A stretch of DNA of 64,000 nt from Gammaproteobacteria bacterium. GTDB lineage: Bacteria > Pseudomonadota > Gammaproteobacteria > Eutrophobiales > Eutrophobiaceae. Position numbers and translations under genes: made by a program. The stretch spans positions 4,922-68,921 of the forward strand of contig JAJFKM010000012.1 in the NCBI GenBank assembly GCA_021773215.1. Direction: 5' to 3'. The notes beneath the pieces are model-generated. The model did not search any database. It worked only from the letters and a program-made list of their open reading frames with translations, and was not told where the DNA came from. Of this stretch, positions 21,175 to 30,889 are shown piece by piece. The first letter of the stretch is position 1. Each line of letters opens with the position of its first letter.

Positions 21175-22263
21175 ATGACTGATAAAACCAATCTCCTTGA
21201 TTACGATAGAAAATCTCTAGAAGCATATTTCGATGAGATTGGCGATAAGTCTTTTCGCGCGCAACAAGTTATTAAATGGATATTTCATCATGGTGTAATT
21301 GATTATCCATCGATGACTAATTTGAGTAAGAACTTACGCAGCAAGCTTGAAAAAAATACCGTCATTAAACTACCGGAAATAGTTACGGAACAAAAATCTG
21401 AGGATGGCACACGCAAATGGCTTGTCCAGTTAGATAACAAAAACTCTGTTGAGACAGTATTCATCCCCGAGAATGATAGGGGTACGCTCTGTATTTCATC
21501 ACAAGTCGGCTGCCCGCTGGACTGCAAGTTCTGTTCAACAGCACAGCAAGGCTTCAACCGTAACCTTACTACCAGTGAAATAATCGGTCAGGTCTGGATT
21601 GCCAACAAAGCATTAGGTTGTTTTGAAAGCGGCAAACGTATGATTACAAATATCGTATTCATGGGTATGGGCGAACCCTTACTCAATTATACCAATGTCC
21701 TAAAAGCCATAAATTTATTAACAGACGATCTGGCATTCGGTCTTGCACGTCGACGCGTCACTGTCAGCACCTCAGGGATCATCCCTGAGATAGACAGACT
21801 GAAAGATGATACAAATGTCAGTCTCGCCATTTCATTACATGCCAGCAACAATGAACTCCGAAATAGTATTGTTCCCATAAACCGCTCGTATCCACTGGTC
21901 GATCTACTGGCGGCATGTAAACGCTTTTCTGAAGGCCGGGATGACGATGCCGTTACAATTGAATACGTCATGCTCAACGGTGTAAATGATAGTGTTCAGG
22001 ATGCGCGTGACCTTGTGAAATGTTTGCAGGGCCTACCTTCTAAAGTAAACCTGATACCGTTTAACAAATTCCCGGGCACCAATTATACTTGTTCGGATAT
22101 GGATACGATAAATGCATTCAGAGATATATTGATGAAGGCTGGGATATTCACCATTACGCGTAAGACACGTGGCGATGATATCGATGCAGCTTGCGGTCAG
22201 CTTGTCGGTAAAGTGGCATCCAAAGCAGCTCGCCATCAAAAAAATCAAGCAGGGTTAATCTAA
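21175..22263 (+). CDS. rlmN: 23S rRNA m2A2503 / tRNA m2A37 methyltransferase RlmN (radical SAM)
   Basis: Radical-SAM CPLDCKFCST motif. The conserved ndk-rlmN linkage supports the call. Confidence 0.9.
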   Translation: MTDKTNLLDYDRKSLEAYFDEIGDKSFRAQQVIKWIFHHGVIDYPSMTNLSKNLRSKLEKNTVIKLPEIVTEQKSEDGTRKWLVQLDNKNSVETVFIPENDRGTLCISSQVGCPLDCKFCSTAQQGFNRNLTTSEIIGQVWIANKALGCFESGKRMITNIVFMGMGEPLLNYTNVLKAINLLTDDLAFGLARRRVTVSTSGIIPEIDRLKDDTNVSLAISLHASNNELRNSIVPINRSYPLVDLLAACKRFSEGRDDDAVTIEYVMLNGVNDSVQDARDLVKCLQGLPSKVNLIPFNKFPGTNYTCSDMDTINAFRDILMKAGIFTITRKTRGDDIDAACGQLVGKVASKAARHQKNQAGLI

Positions 22264-23039
22264 TGCCGTTATTAAAACAAAACATCATTCTTATACTGGC
22301 AGTTCTTATTACACTTAGTGCCTGTAATCAGGTACGCCCATCAAATCAAAACATAAGCGCATCACAGACTACCAATGAAGTTGCTGCTGCTAATCTTGAC
22401 CTTGGCATTGAGTATATGAAACAAGGTGCCTATGAAAACGCATTAAAAAATCTGGAAAAAGCAAAAAAAGCCGACCCTAACTATGCACCAATATATAATG
22501 TCACCGGTTTACTATATCAACAACTTGGTGACAGTAAAAAAGCTGAAGAAAATTTTAAACGCGCGTTGAACATAAATAATAATGATTCGTCGACTCTTAA
22601 TAACTATGCTAATTTTCTGTGTCAGCAAAACAGGCTTGAAGAAGCGGAGAAAACCTTCTTAAGGGCTGCAGCAAACCCATTATATGAATCACCAGAAATT
22701 GCTATCACTAATGCTGGTTTATGTCTCAGTAATAATCAGAGAGAAAATGAAGCGGAGAAATATTATAGACAAGCATTACAATTAAATCCGCGCGTCCCAC
22801 AAGCATTGATAAAAATGTGTGAAATATCATTCAAACTTCCAAATCATTTATCAGCAAGGGGCTACTTACAACGTTACCAGCAAGTTGCCCGTCATACTGC
22901 AAAAAGTCTCTGGCTAGGGATACAGATAGAACAAGAACTCGGTGACAAAGATGCCGTATCCAGTTATGTGTTACAGTTGAAAAACAATTACCCCGACTCT
23001 CAAGAAGCGGCACGATTACGTGAATCAAGGATTCAATAA
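22263..23039 (+). CDS. pilF: Type IV pilus biogenesis/stability TPR lipoprotein PilF/PilW
   Basis: Lipobox LTLSAC followed by TPR repeats. Conserved position between rlmN and rodZ as in Pseudomonas. Confidence 0.7.
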   Translation: MPLLKQNIILILAVLITLSACNQVRPSNQNISASQTTNEVAAANLDLGIEYMKQGAYENALKNLEKAKKADPNYAPIYNVTGLLYQQLGDSKKAEENFKRALNINNNDSSTLNNYANFLCQQNRLEEAEKTFLRAAANPLYESPEIAITNAGLCLSNNQRENEAEKYYRQALQLNPRVPQALIKMCEISFKLPNHLSARGYLQRYQQVARHTAKSLWLGIQIEQELGDKDAVSSYVLQLKNNYPDSQEAARLRESRIQ

Positions 23040-23950
23040 TGTCTGAAACTTCAAATAATAATAACGCAGAGTTATTTGACACTCCGGGACTGCTACTTCG
23101 TACGCAACGTGAAAAACAAGGTCTATCGGCACAAGAAATTGCAAAGCGTACTCACCTCGATATAAAAATAGTTGAATCAATTGAACAAGACAGTGATGAA
23201 GGAATGCCCGCTGCGACTTATGTGAGAGGGTATCTGCGCAGTTACGCCAAGATAGTAGGTGTTGATCCAGATCATATCATCACGCTTTATAATTCCGATT
23301 CACCTCAACTACCACCTGAAATCATACCTGAAGTGAAACAACCATCACAGGTAAGTAGCAGCGACAAACCTGTTAAAGCATTCACCTATCTGATAACACT
23401 GGGACTCGTATTATTATTATTGATCTGGTATCAAAGTAACTTTGTTGTAGAGACTTCATCAAGTAATGAGCCAGAAAATTACAATTCACAAACAACTATT
23501 AATGGTGTTGATATTACATACGATGTCATAAATCATCCGAGCTCTTGGCAATCTCCTAAAATTATTCCAGAAGTCGAATCTACCTCGCCGACAACTATCA
23601 AGCATGACGACACGCTTGAATTGCAATCTGATAATGGAGAACAATCGATTGGCATAATATCTATCGATGGTATTGAGAATAGAACACCTTCATCTAACAC
23701 TGGATCTGGTCCTGACATAATTGATTTGGAAGTGAAACGAGATTCCTGGATTGAAATAAGTGATGCCAATGATAAAAGATTATTTCATGACCTTGCGCTT
23801 GGCGGTGAAAAATTATCCATACATGGAACAGCGCCATTTAGAATATTATTCGGCTTTTCACCGGGCGTCACTATCAAATTTAATGGCAAAGCATTTAATC
23901 ATTCGCGTTATTCCAATAACGGTATTGCCCGATTCAAATTACCTGAATAA
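23039..23950 (+). CDS. rodZ: Cytoskeleton protein RodZ (HTH, TM, C-terminal periplasmic domain)
   Basis: N-terminal XRE-type HTH (GLSAQEIAKRTHLDIKIVESIE), a single TM helix (LITLGLVLLLLIWY) and a C-terminal DUF4115-like region. Confidence 0.75.
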   Translation: MSETSNNNNAELFDTPGLLLRTQREKQGLSAQEIAKRTHLDIKIVESIEQDSDEGMPAATYVRGYLRSYAKIVGVDPDHIITLYNSDSPQLPPEIIPEVKQPSQVSSSDKPVKAFTYLITLGLVLLLLIWYQSNFVVETSSSNEPENYNSQTTINGVDITYDVINHPSSWQSPKIIPEVESTSPTTIKHDDTLELQSDNGEQSIGIISIDGIENRTPSSNTGSGPDIIDLEVKRDSWIEISDANDKRLFHDLALGGEKLSIHGTAPFRILFGFSPGVTIKFNGKAFNHSRYSNNGIARFKLPE

Positions 23951-24027
23951 CAATTGAGTTGTTCGTAAAATACATTCGTTTCTTTCTGCTAAACTGCGCT
24001 TTTTCTTGAACGACTATTGGAGACTTT

Positions 24028-25299
24028 TTGATGGCTAAGATACAAGCGATTCGTGGAATGCATGACATACTCATGCAAGACACGCCGCGCTGGCAATACC
24101 TGGAAGAGTCCATCAGTGCTATCTTGAAACAATATACGTATCAGGAAATTCGACTGCCAATAGTTGAAAAGACCGAACTGTTCAAACGATCTATCGGGGA
24201 CAACACAGATATTGTTTCCAAGGAAATGTATAGCTTCGATGATAGAAATGAAACCAGTCTAACGTTAAGACCTGAAGGGACAGCTGGCTGTGTCCGGGCA
24301 GGAATTGAGCATGGCTTGTTCCATAATCAAACCCAACGACTTTGGTATATCGGGCCAATGTTTCGACACGAACGTCCACAAAAAGGACGACAACGTCAAT
24401 TTCATCAGATCGGTGTAGAGGCATTTGGCTTTACTGGTCCCGATATAGATGCCGAACAAATATTAATGTGTGCTCGAATATGGAAGGCACTCAATCTAAG
24501 TGATATTAGTCTTGAAATAAATTCGCTTGGGACTAGTGAATCACGTGCAAACTACAGAAAAATTCTGGTCGATTATTTCTCATCCCATAAAGACCAACTT
24601 GATGATGATAGCCTCGTGCGGTTAGAACAAAACCCACTACGCATACTCGACAGTAAAAACCCGGATCTGCAGGCTATAATAAATGAGTCTCCAACTCTAG
24701 ATGAGCATTTAGATAATGAATCTGCCGATCACTTTGCTGGTCTGAAGGGAATACTGGATAGTGCTGGAATTGTATACAAGGAGAATCCAAGGCTTGTTAG
24801 AGGTCTGGATTATTATGGAAAAACGGTCTTTGAGTGGATCACCACGCAGCTCGGCGCACAGGGCACTGTTTGTGCTGGTGGGCGTTATGACGGCTTGGTT
24901 GAACACCACGGCGCTACACCAACACCCGCTGTCGGATTTGCTATGGGTCTTGAGCGTTTACAAGAATTAATCGATTTCAGCAAGATCACAGACACGCATT
25001 CACCACATGTATATTTAATATTATCCGGGGAACAAGCTACAGAACGTGGGATATTATTGGCTGAACAACTTCGAGACCAGCTTCCTGATCTTAGGGTTTT
25101 GACTCATTGTGGTGGAGGCAGTCTGAAAAGCCAATTCAAGAAGGCAGACAAATCTGGGGCACAACTCGCACTTGTGTTAGCAGAAGATGAAATCGTACAA
25201 AATCAGGTGTCTATCAAGTTTTTACGTGCGGAAACCCCACAAACCATAGTCAAATGGCCTGAAATAGCAAATTTCCTTTCTACAAGCTTGTCGTTCTAG
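24028..25299 (+). CDS. hisS: Histidine--tRNA ligase
   Basis: [12 protein letters not shown] matches E. coli MAKNIQAIRGMND. Class II motifs are present. Length 423 aa. Confidence 0.9.
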   Translation: MMAKIQAIRGMHDILMQDTPRWQYLEESISAILKQYTYQEIRLPIVEKTELFKRSIGDNTDIVSKEMYSFDDRNETSLTLRPEGTAGCVRAGIEHGLFHNQTQRLWYIGPMFRHERPQKGRQRQFHQIGVEAFGFTGPDIDAEQILMCARIWKALNLSDISLEINSLGTSESRANYRKILVDYFSSHKDQLDDDSLVRLEQNPLRILDSKNPDLQAIINESPTLDEHLDNESADHFAGLKGILDSAGIVYKENPRLVRGLDYYGKTVFEWITTQLGAQGTVCAGGRYDGLVEHHGATPTPAVGFAMGLERLQELIDFSKITDTHSPHVYLILSGEQATERGILLAEQLRDQLPDLRVLTHCGGGSLKSQFKKADKSGAQLALVLAEDEIVQNQVSIKFLRAETPQTIVKWPEIANFLSTSLSF

Positions 25300-25410
25300 G
25301 CTATTAGCGTAATTAGCACTAAACAAACGTAAAACCCACGTTATAATGTGCGCCCTCTGCGAGTGGTAATACCACACTGAGCAATCAAGAACTCCCAGGA
25401 GATTTTAGAA

Positions 25411-26043
25411 GTGGACGTTTACAAGACAGAAGAAGAACAAGTTGAAGCCATGAAAACGTGGTGGAAAGAAAACGGCAATTCGATAATTGCTGGTGTTGTT
25501 ATTGGCATTACGGCAATTTTTGGTTGGCGTGCCTATGATAGCCATATGGTCGTGCAGTCCGAACAGGCTTCAGTACTATATGAACAGATGATAGTTGCGG
25601 CCCGTAAAGATGACGATGAGAACACCCTCGTTTATGCCAACCGCATCATCAATGACTATAAATCCAGCACCTATGCCGTATTTGCATCGCTGATGCTGGC
25701 TAAAACTGCCGCTGAAGCTGGCGAACTTGAACAAGCCGAAACACATTTGCGTTGGGTGCTGCAAAATAACTCTCAAGCAGAATTTGAGCATATTGCACGC
25801 TTACGTCTGGCACGCGTTTTAATCGCCAGCGAAAAGCTAGAACTCGCAACTGAAACGCTAAATGTAAACGAGCCAGGTGACTTTGTTGCTCGCTATGATG
25901 AATTGCGCGGTGACATCTATGTCAAGCAAGGTAAATCGGATGAAGCAGTTAAAGCCTATGAAAAGTCGCTTGCAAACACAAAAGGATCTGGAGATGCACA
26001 GTCAGTTTTGCAAATGAAACTCGATGATTTAGGTAGAAGTTAA
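25411..26043 (+). CDS. yfgM: YfgM-like TPR membrane protein (ancillary SecYEG partner)
   Basis: N-terminal charged segment and a single TM (IIAGVVIGITAIFGW) followed by a TPR-like domain. Conserved hisS-yfgM-bamB-der order. Confidence 0.7.
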   Translation: MDVYKTEEEQVEAMKTWWKENGNSIIAGVVIGITAIFGWRAYDSHMVVQSEQASVLYEQMIVAARKDDDENTLVYANRIINDYKSSTYAVFASLMLAKTAAEAGELEQAETHLRWVLQNNSQAEFEHIARLRLARVLIASEKLELATETLNVNEPGDFVARYDELRGDIYVKQGKSDEAVKAYEKSLANTKGSGDAQSVLQMKLDDLGRS

Positions 26044-26044
26044 T

Positions 26045-27388
26045 TTGTATTCACCTTTGCGTACCCTAATATTACTCATTATTTTTTCTACTTGCGTTAG
26101 CTGCAGTAGCACACAAAAACTTGCTGAGTCTATTTTTGCGAGCGACGACGATAATTCTGAACCACCATCGCCGCTGGTTGATATCGTTGCAACCGCTGAT
26201 CTGAACCAAGTCTGGTCAGAGAATATCGGCAAAGGTACAGATGAATTATTCATCAAACTTACCCCGGTAGTTATGGGTGAACACGTCTTCATCGCCGATA
26301 CTCGTGGAGAGATCGTCGCCCTTTTTGCCGACTCAGGTAAAAACGTCTGGGAAAATGACAGTGATCTTCCTATCACAGGAGGACCTGGTGCTGATGAAAA
26401 TCTTGTCTTAGTCGGAACCAGCGAAGGTGATGTGCTTGCTCTTGCTAGTGAATCCGGAGAAGAAGCCTGGCGTACAAAAGTCTCTAGTGAAATTTTATCG
26501 CCACCACGAGAATCGGATGGTGTCGTCGTCGTTAGGACAATTGATGGAAAAATATTCGCACTTGATGCAACCACTGGTGATCGTCTCTGGATCTATGACC
26601 GCACAGTACCTAATCTAACATTACGTGGCACCAGCACACCTATCATTGCCAATGGTCTGGTTATCGCTGGATTTGATGGCGGCAGGCTCACGGCTCTTGA
26701 ATTGAAAACCGGCAAATTAATCTGGGAAGCAAAAGTCGCCATTCCACGTGGCAGAAGTCAACTTGAGCGCATGGTTGATATCGATTCTCAACCTTTGATT
26801 TTAGACGATTCAATCTATGTCACTACATTTCAGGCCAATGTCTCAGCATTATCATTAGACACGGGCCAAGTACTTTGGCAACGAGATATCTCCTCACACT
26901 CTGAGTTAAGTGCTGATGCCGAACACCTTTATGTTACCGATTATCTGGGAAATATCTGGGCTCTCGATCGCTTTTCAGGTGGCTCCGTCTGGAAGCAGGA
27001 AAAATTGGCACACAGGAAAGTAACTGGTCCGGCTATTCTCGGCGATAAAGTCATTGTTGGTGATCTAGAGGGATATTTACATTGGTTAGATAAAGAAACA
27101 GGAGACTTTGCAGCTCGGGTTGAAGTAGAAGAAGACCCTATCCTGACAAAGCCCATTGTTGCAAATGGCATGCTCTTCGCCTATTCAAGCGGGGGCAAAT
27201 TGGCTGCATATACTTACAAGAATAACGAAGTAACCGGTAGGCCAAACAAGCCTGTCGTAGTTAAAGAAGAACCTAAAACCAAAGATTCAAAAAAATCAGC
27301 TAAGAATCCCGCAGAAAATGAAGAAGAAAGCTCTTTCTTTGGTGGTTTTCTGGACATATTCTCTGGTGATGACGAAGAAGATGAATAA
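26045..27388 (+). CDS. bamB: Outer membrane protein assembly factor BamB (PQQ-repeat beta-propeller lipoprotein) with an unusual charged C-terminal tail
   Basis: Signal peptide and Cys lipid site (STCVSCSS), then eight PQQ-like repeats. The final ~55 aa are low-complexity Lys/Glu/Asp-rich and end in DDEEDE. Confidence 0.8.
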   Translation: MYSPLRTLILLIIFSTCVSCSSTQKLAESIFASDDDNSEPPSPLVDIVATADLNQVWSENIGKGTDELFIKLTPVVMGEHVFIADTRGEIVALFADSGKNVWENDSDLPITGGPGADENLVLVGTSEGDVLALASESGEEAWRTKVSSEILSPPRESDGVVVVRTIDGKIFALDATTGDRLWIYDRTVPNLTLRGTSTPIIANGLVIAGFDGGRLTALELKTGKLIWEAKVAIPRGRSQLERMVDIDSQPLILDDSIYVTTFQANVSALSLDTGQVLWQRDISSHSELSADAEHLYVTDYLGNIWALDRFSGGSVWKQEKLAHRKVTGPAILGDKVIVGDLEGYLHWLDKETGDFAARVEVEEDPILTKPIVANGMLFAYSSGGKLAAYTYKNNEVTGRPNKPVVVKEEPKTKDSKKSAKNPAENEEESSFFGGFLDIFSGDDEEDE

Positions 27389-27439
27389 AACTTCGACATT
27401 ACTAATGAATAACGCAACCTCACAACTCTAGCAACAACT

Positions 27440-28837
27440 ATGAAACCAGTTATCGCTATCGTTGGTCGACCCAACGTCGGCAAGTCTACCTTTTTCAATC
27501 GTCTGACATCCACTCGTGATGCCCTCGTAGCCGATCGACCGGGTGTAACCCGTGATCGTCAATACGGCGTAGCACAACATGCTTCACGCTCATTCCTGAT
27601 CATTGATACGGGTGGTATTGGCGAAGAAGATCATGACAGCGAAGAAGTCGCTGATCTGATGACCGAACAGTCGATGCTGGCAGCAAGTGAGGCTTCGGTA
27701 TTGGTCTGGCTGGTCGATGGTCGCGATGGATTAACCGCTGTAGATGAGATTCTATCTGCTGAATTTCGAAAGCTGGATAAACCGATATTTTTAGCCGTCA
27801 ATAAAATTGAAGGCTATGAAAGCGAAGTAGCCATCAGCGACTTCTACCGTCTTGGTATAGATTCAGTATGGCCGATCTCATCCAAACGTGGCGACGGAAT
27901 AGCAAACTTACTCGATGCTGTATCAGATATTATTCCTGATACAACTGAAGATGAAGATGAAGAATTAGAAGGCATCGCAGTTTCAGTTTTAGGTCGTCCT
28001 AATGTGGGCAAGTCTACTTTAGTAAATCGAATGCTCGGTGAAGAACGTGTACTTACCTTTGACCATCCCGGCACAACACGCGACAGTATAAAGATACCGT
28101 TCGAGAAGAATGGAAAGGATTATATCTTAATCGATACCGCGGGTGTACGTAGAAAAAGCAAAGTGCATGACATGGTTGAAAAATTCAGCATCTTAAAATC
28201 ATTCGAAGCAATTGATGCCGCTAATATCATTGTTTTAGTCATCGATGCCAGTGAAGGCGTTACTGATCAAGACACTACTCTATTAGGCATGATAGAAGAC
28301 AGTGGTAAATCTCTCATTATCGTAGTGAATAAATGGGATGGCATGGAAACCTCGGACAAAGAGCGTGTAAAGGATTTACTATCACGCAAATTCAGCTTTA
28401 TCGATTACGCACAATATCACTTCACATCAGCATTACACGGTACTGGTGTCGGCAATATATTTAAAACCATAAACAAGATCGAAAAATCGCTGGACATCAA
28501 TGTCTCGACATCCGACATGACCGACATACTCGAAGATGCCGTCGCAAAACACCCACCGCACATGGTACAGGGAAGAAGAATCAAACTACGCTACGCTCAC
28601 CTAGGGGGCACCGACCCCATCCGCGTGATAATACACGGTAATCAAACCGACAAAGTCCCCGATGCCTACAAACGCTATCTAGCCAGTGTATTTCGTAAAC
28701 GATTAAAATTAGTAGGAACGAATGTATTAGTCGACTTCAAACACGGCGACAATCCATTCAAAGGCAAAAAGAATGTACTAACGCCAAGACAAGTTAGTAA
28801 ACGAAGACGTTTAATGAAGTTTGTAAAAAAGCGTTAA
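27440..28837 (+). CDS. der: Ribosome biogenesis GTPase Der (EngA), tandem GTPase domains
   Basis: Two G-domains with GRPNVGKST P-loops at residues 9 and ~185, followed by a KH-like C-terminus. Confidence 0.9.
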   Translation: MKPVIAIVGRPNVGKSTFFNRLTSTRDALVADRPGVTRDRQYGVAQHASRSFLIIDTGGIGEEDHDSEEVADLMTEQSMLAASEASVLVWLVDGRDGLTAVDEILSAEFRKLDKPIFLAVNKIEGYESEVAISDFYRLGIDSVWPISSKRGDGIANLLDAVSDIIPDTTEDEDEELEGIAVSVLGRPNVGKSTLVNRMLGEERVLTFDHPGTTRDSIKIPFEKNGKDYILIDTAGVRRKSKVHDMVEKFSILKSFEAIDAANIIVLVIDASEGVTDQDTTLLGMIEDSGKSLIIVVNKWDGMETSDKERVKDLLSRKFSFIDYAQYHFTSALHGTGVGNIFKTINKIEKSLDINVSTSDMTDILEDAVAKHPPHMVQGRRIKLRYAHLGGTDPIRVIIHGNQTDKVPDAYKRYLASVFRKRLKLVGTNVLVDFKHGDNPFKGKKNVLTPRQVSKRRRLMKFVKKR

Positions 28838-28913
28838 CTCAAAATTTTCTTAAATCAATAATCCTTTTAACTGATGTATCGATCGATACTGATCATTTAC
28901 ATTCTCTTTTGAT

Positions 28914-29792
28914 TTAATATTTTTTTGGTACAAACGTCTGTGTATGCATCGCCGAGCGTTTATAGCCTTTTTCTTCCTTCAGTGGCGGAATTTTCGGAAC
29001 TTTAGGTTTTAAATCCTTATACGGAATCAGATCCAATAGGTGTGATATACAATTCAGCCGTGCACGTTTCTTATCATCTGAAGGAACAACATACCAAGGA
29101 GCTTGTGGAATATCTGTATTGAAAAACATTTCATCTTTACACTTGGAGTAATCCATCCATCTCGATCTGGATTCCATATCCATGGGACTGAGTTTCCATA
29201 ATTTGTGCCGCTCCAAAGCACGTCCCTGAAAGCGCCTTTCCTGCTCTACATTACTAACCGAAAACCAATACTTAATAAGGATAATTCCTGACCGCACCAA
29301 CGAGCATTCGAATTCAGGGCAAAAACGCAAAAACTCCTTATACTCCTCCTCTGTACAAAAACCCATTACCCTTTCTACTCCGGCACGGTTATACCAACTC
29401 CTGTCAAACAGAACGATCTCACCTGCAGCAGGAAGATGCGCGATATAGCGCTGAAAGTACCACTGCGTTTTTTCACGTTCAGTGGGTGCGGGTAACGCGA
29501 CGATATTACAGATCCGGGGACTCATGTGTTCAATAATGCGTTTGATTACTCCACCTTTACCAGCGGCATCGCGACCCTCAAATACCACCGCCACTTTAAG
29601 CCCCTTCTTCGTTACCCACTCTTGCAACTTAACTAGTTCTACCTGAAGCCGAAATATTTCTTCTTCATAAAATTTTTTCGATAGCTTCTCTTCTTTTTCC
29701 CCTCTCAGCCTTGGATCATCTTCATGATATGCATCCACTATTGCTGTTACCTTCTGCTTGGTAGTTTTTTTCTTAGCCATAATTTTTCCCAT
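28914..29792 (-). CDS. Polyphosphate kinase 2 family protein (single-domain PPK2)
   Basis: Walker A EGRDAAGKGG, the FDRSWY motif and a lid region. Length 292 aa. Confidence 0.8.
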   Translation of the reverse strand: MGKIMAKKKTTKQKVTAIVDAYHEDDPRLRGEKEEKLSKKFYEEEIFRLQVELVKLQEWVTKKGLKVAVVFEGRDAAGKGGVIKRIIEHMSPRICNIVALPAPTEREKTQWYFQRYIAHLPAAGEIVLFDRSWYNRAGVERVMGFCTEEEYKEFLRFCPEFECSLVRSGIILIKYWFSVSNVEQERRFQGRALERHKLWKLSPMDMESRSRWMDYSKCKDEMFFNTDIPQAPWYVVPSDDKKRARLNCISHLLDLIPYKDLKPKVPKIPPLKEEKGYKRSAMHTQTFVPKKY

Positions 29793-30313
29793 TTAATTTG
29801 TGGTTTAGTTTCCAACTGCACTACTTATAAAATACTGGGACAACTATTGTTGTGATTACGTTGCATTGTTCCATCAAACCACCCTACTGTGCATTTGACC
29901 TCTCAGTTTAAGCATAGACGATCATTTCTTTATAGTATTGATCTAGATCAGATCAACACGGAAAATTAAATTAAAGAGAAATCAAAAAAGGCCGGTGTAT
30001 TTCGTAAATGATCAATGAAGATTGCAAAGAAAAAGTTAGTCTGGATTTGTTAATGCCATCAGGCAAGAACAAACCCAGTCTATGATTTAAGTAACTTTAA
30101 TGTACAGTTTAAAATCCACCACTAAATGCCTTTATCGTATCAACTAATCGTTCAGGTATTGAATACTAACAAACTTAAAGCACAAGAATCCTATAGATAA
30201 TCACCAAAAACCCACTTATACTGAAATCGTTTTTTGAAATGATTACAGGGAACATGTCCATCAGACATCCACTCCCTGCCGAAATATCAACCTAACATGG
30301 TATAAGGATATTT

Positions 30314-30871
30314 ATGAAAAACGAACATCTTAATCGTAGAGAATTTCTCTGCAACAGCGGCAAAACCCTTGCTGGTGTTGTCGTTGCGTCATCCGGCGCT
30401 GTCACTCTTATCTTCCCTGCTACTGGCTGGTCTGCTCAACTTGCAGTGCTAAACGAGCATGAAAGCAAGACCTTGCTTCGTATGACCCGGGAGATGTTTC
30501 CGCATGACAAGATCGAAGATAAGTTTTATGCCGTTGTCGTAACAGCCTTGGATACCGATGCCAGTGGAAATGCGGATACAGCAAAACAACTTAAAGCTGG
30601 CGTTGCTAATCTCGACAAGCTCGCACAAGGAGACTGGCAGGCACTGTCAGCCGACAAGCGTGGGGCTGTACTGAAGCAAATCGAAACCACTGCTTTTTTT
30701 AATAGCGTTAAATCCAAATGCGTTACGGGCATATATAACAACAAAGACCTATGGGATCACTTCGGTTACGAAGGTTCTTCTTCAGAACACGGTGGTTATA
30801 TTAATCGCGGTTTTGATGATCTGGATTGGTTACCTAATCCACCTGAATCCGATAGCCCAAAAGCGCATTAA
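30314..30871 (+). CDS. Tat-exported small subunit of a two-component GMC dehydrogenase (gluconate 2-dehydrogenase subunit 3 family)
   Basis: Twin-arginine signal NRREFLCNSGKTLAGVVVASS. It lies immediately upstream of the GMC flavoprotein; the pairing is typical of membrane-associated sugar/polyol dehydrogenases. Confidence 0.65.
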   Translation: MKNEHLNRREFLCNSGKTLAGVVVASSGAVTLIFPATGWSAQLAVLNEHESKTLLRMTREMFPHDKIEDKFYAVVVTALDTDASGNADTAKQLKAGVANLDKLAQGDWQALSADKRGAVLKQIETTAFFNSVKSKCVTGIYNNKDLWDHFGYEGSSSEHGGYINRGFDDLDWLPNPPESDSPKAH

Positions 30872-30889
30872 CATTTAAGGAGAGACGTC

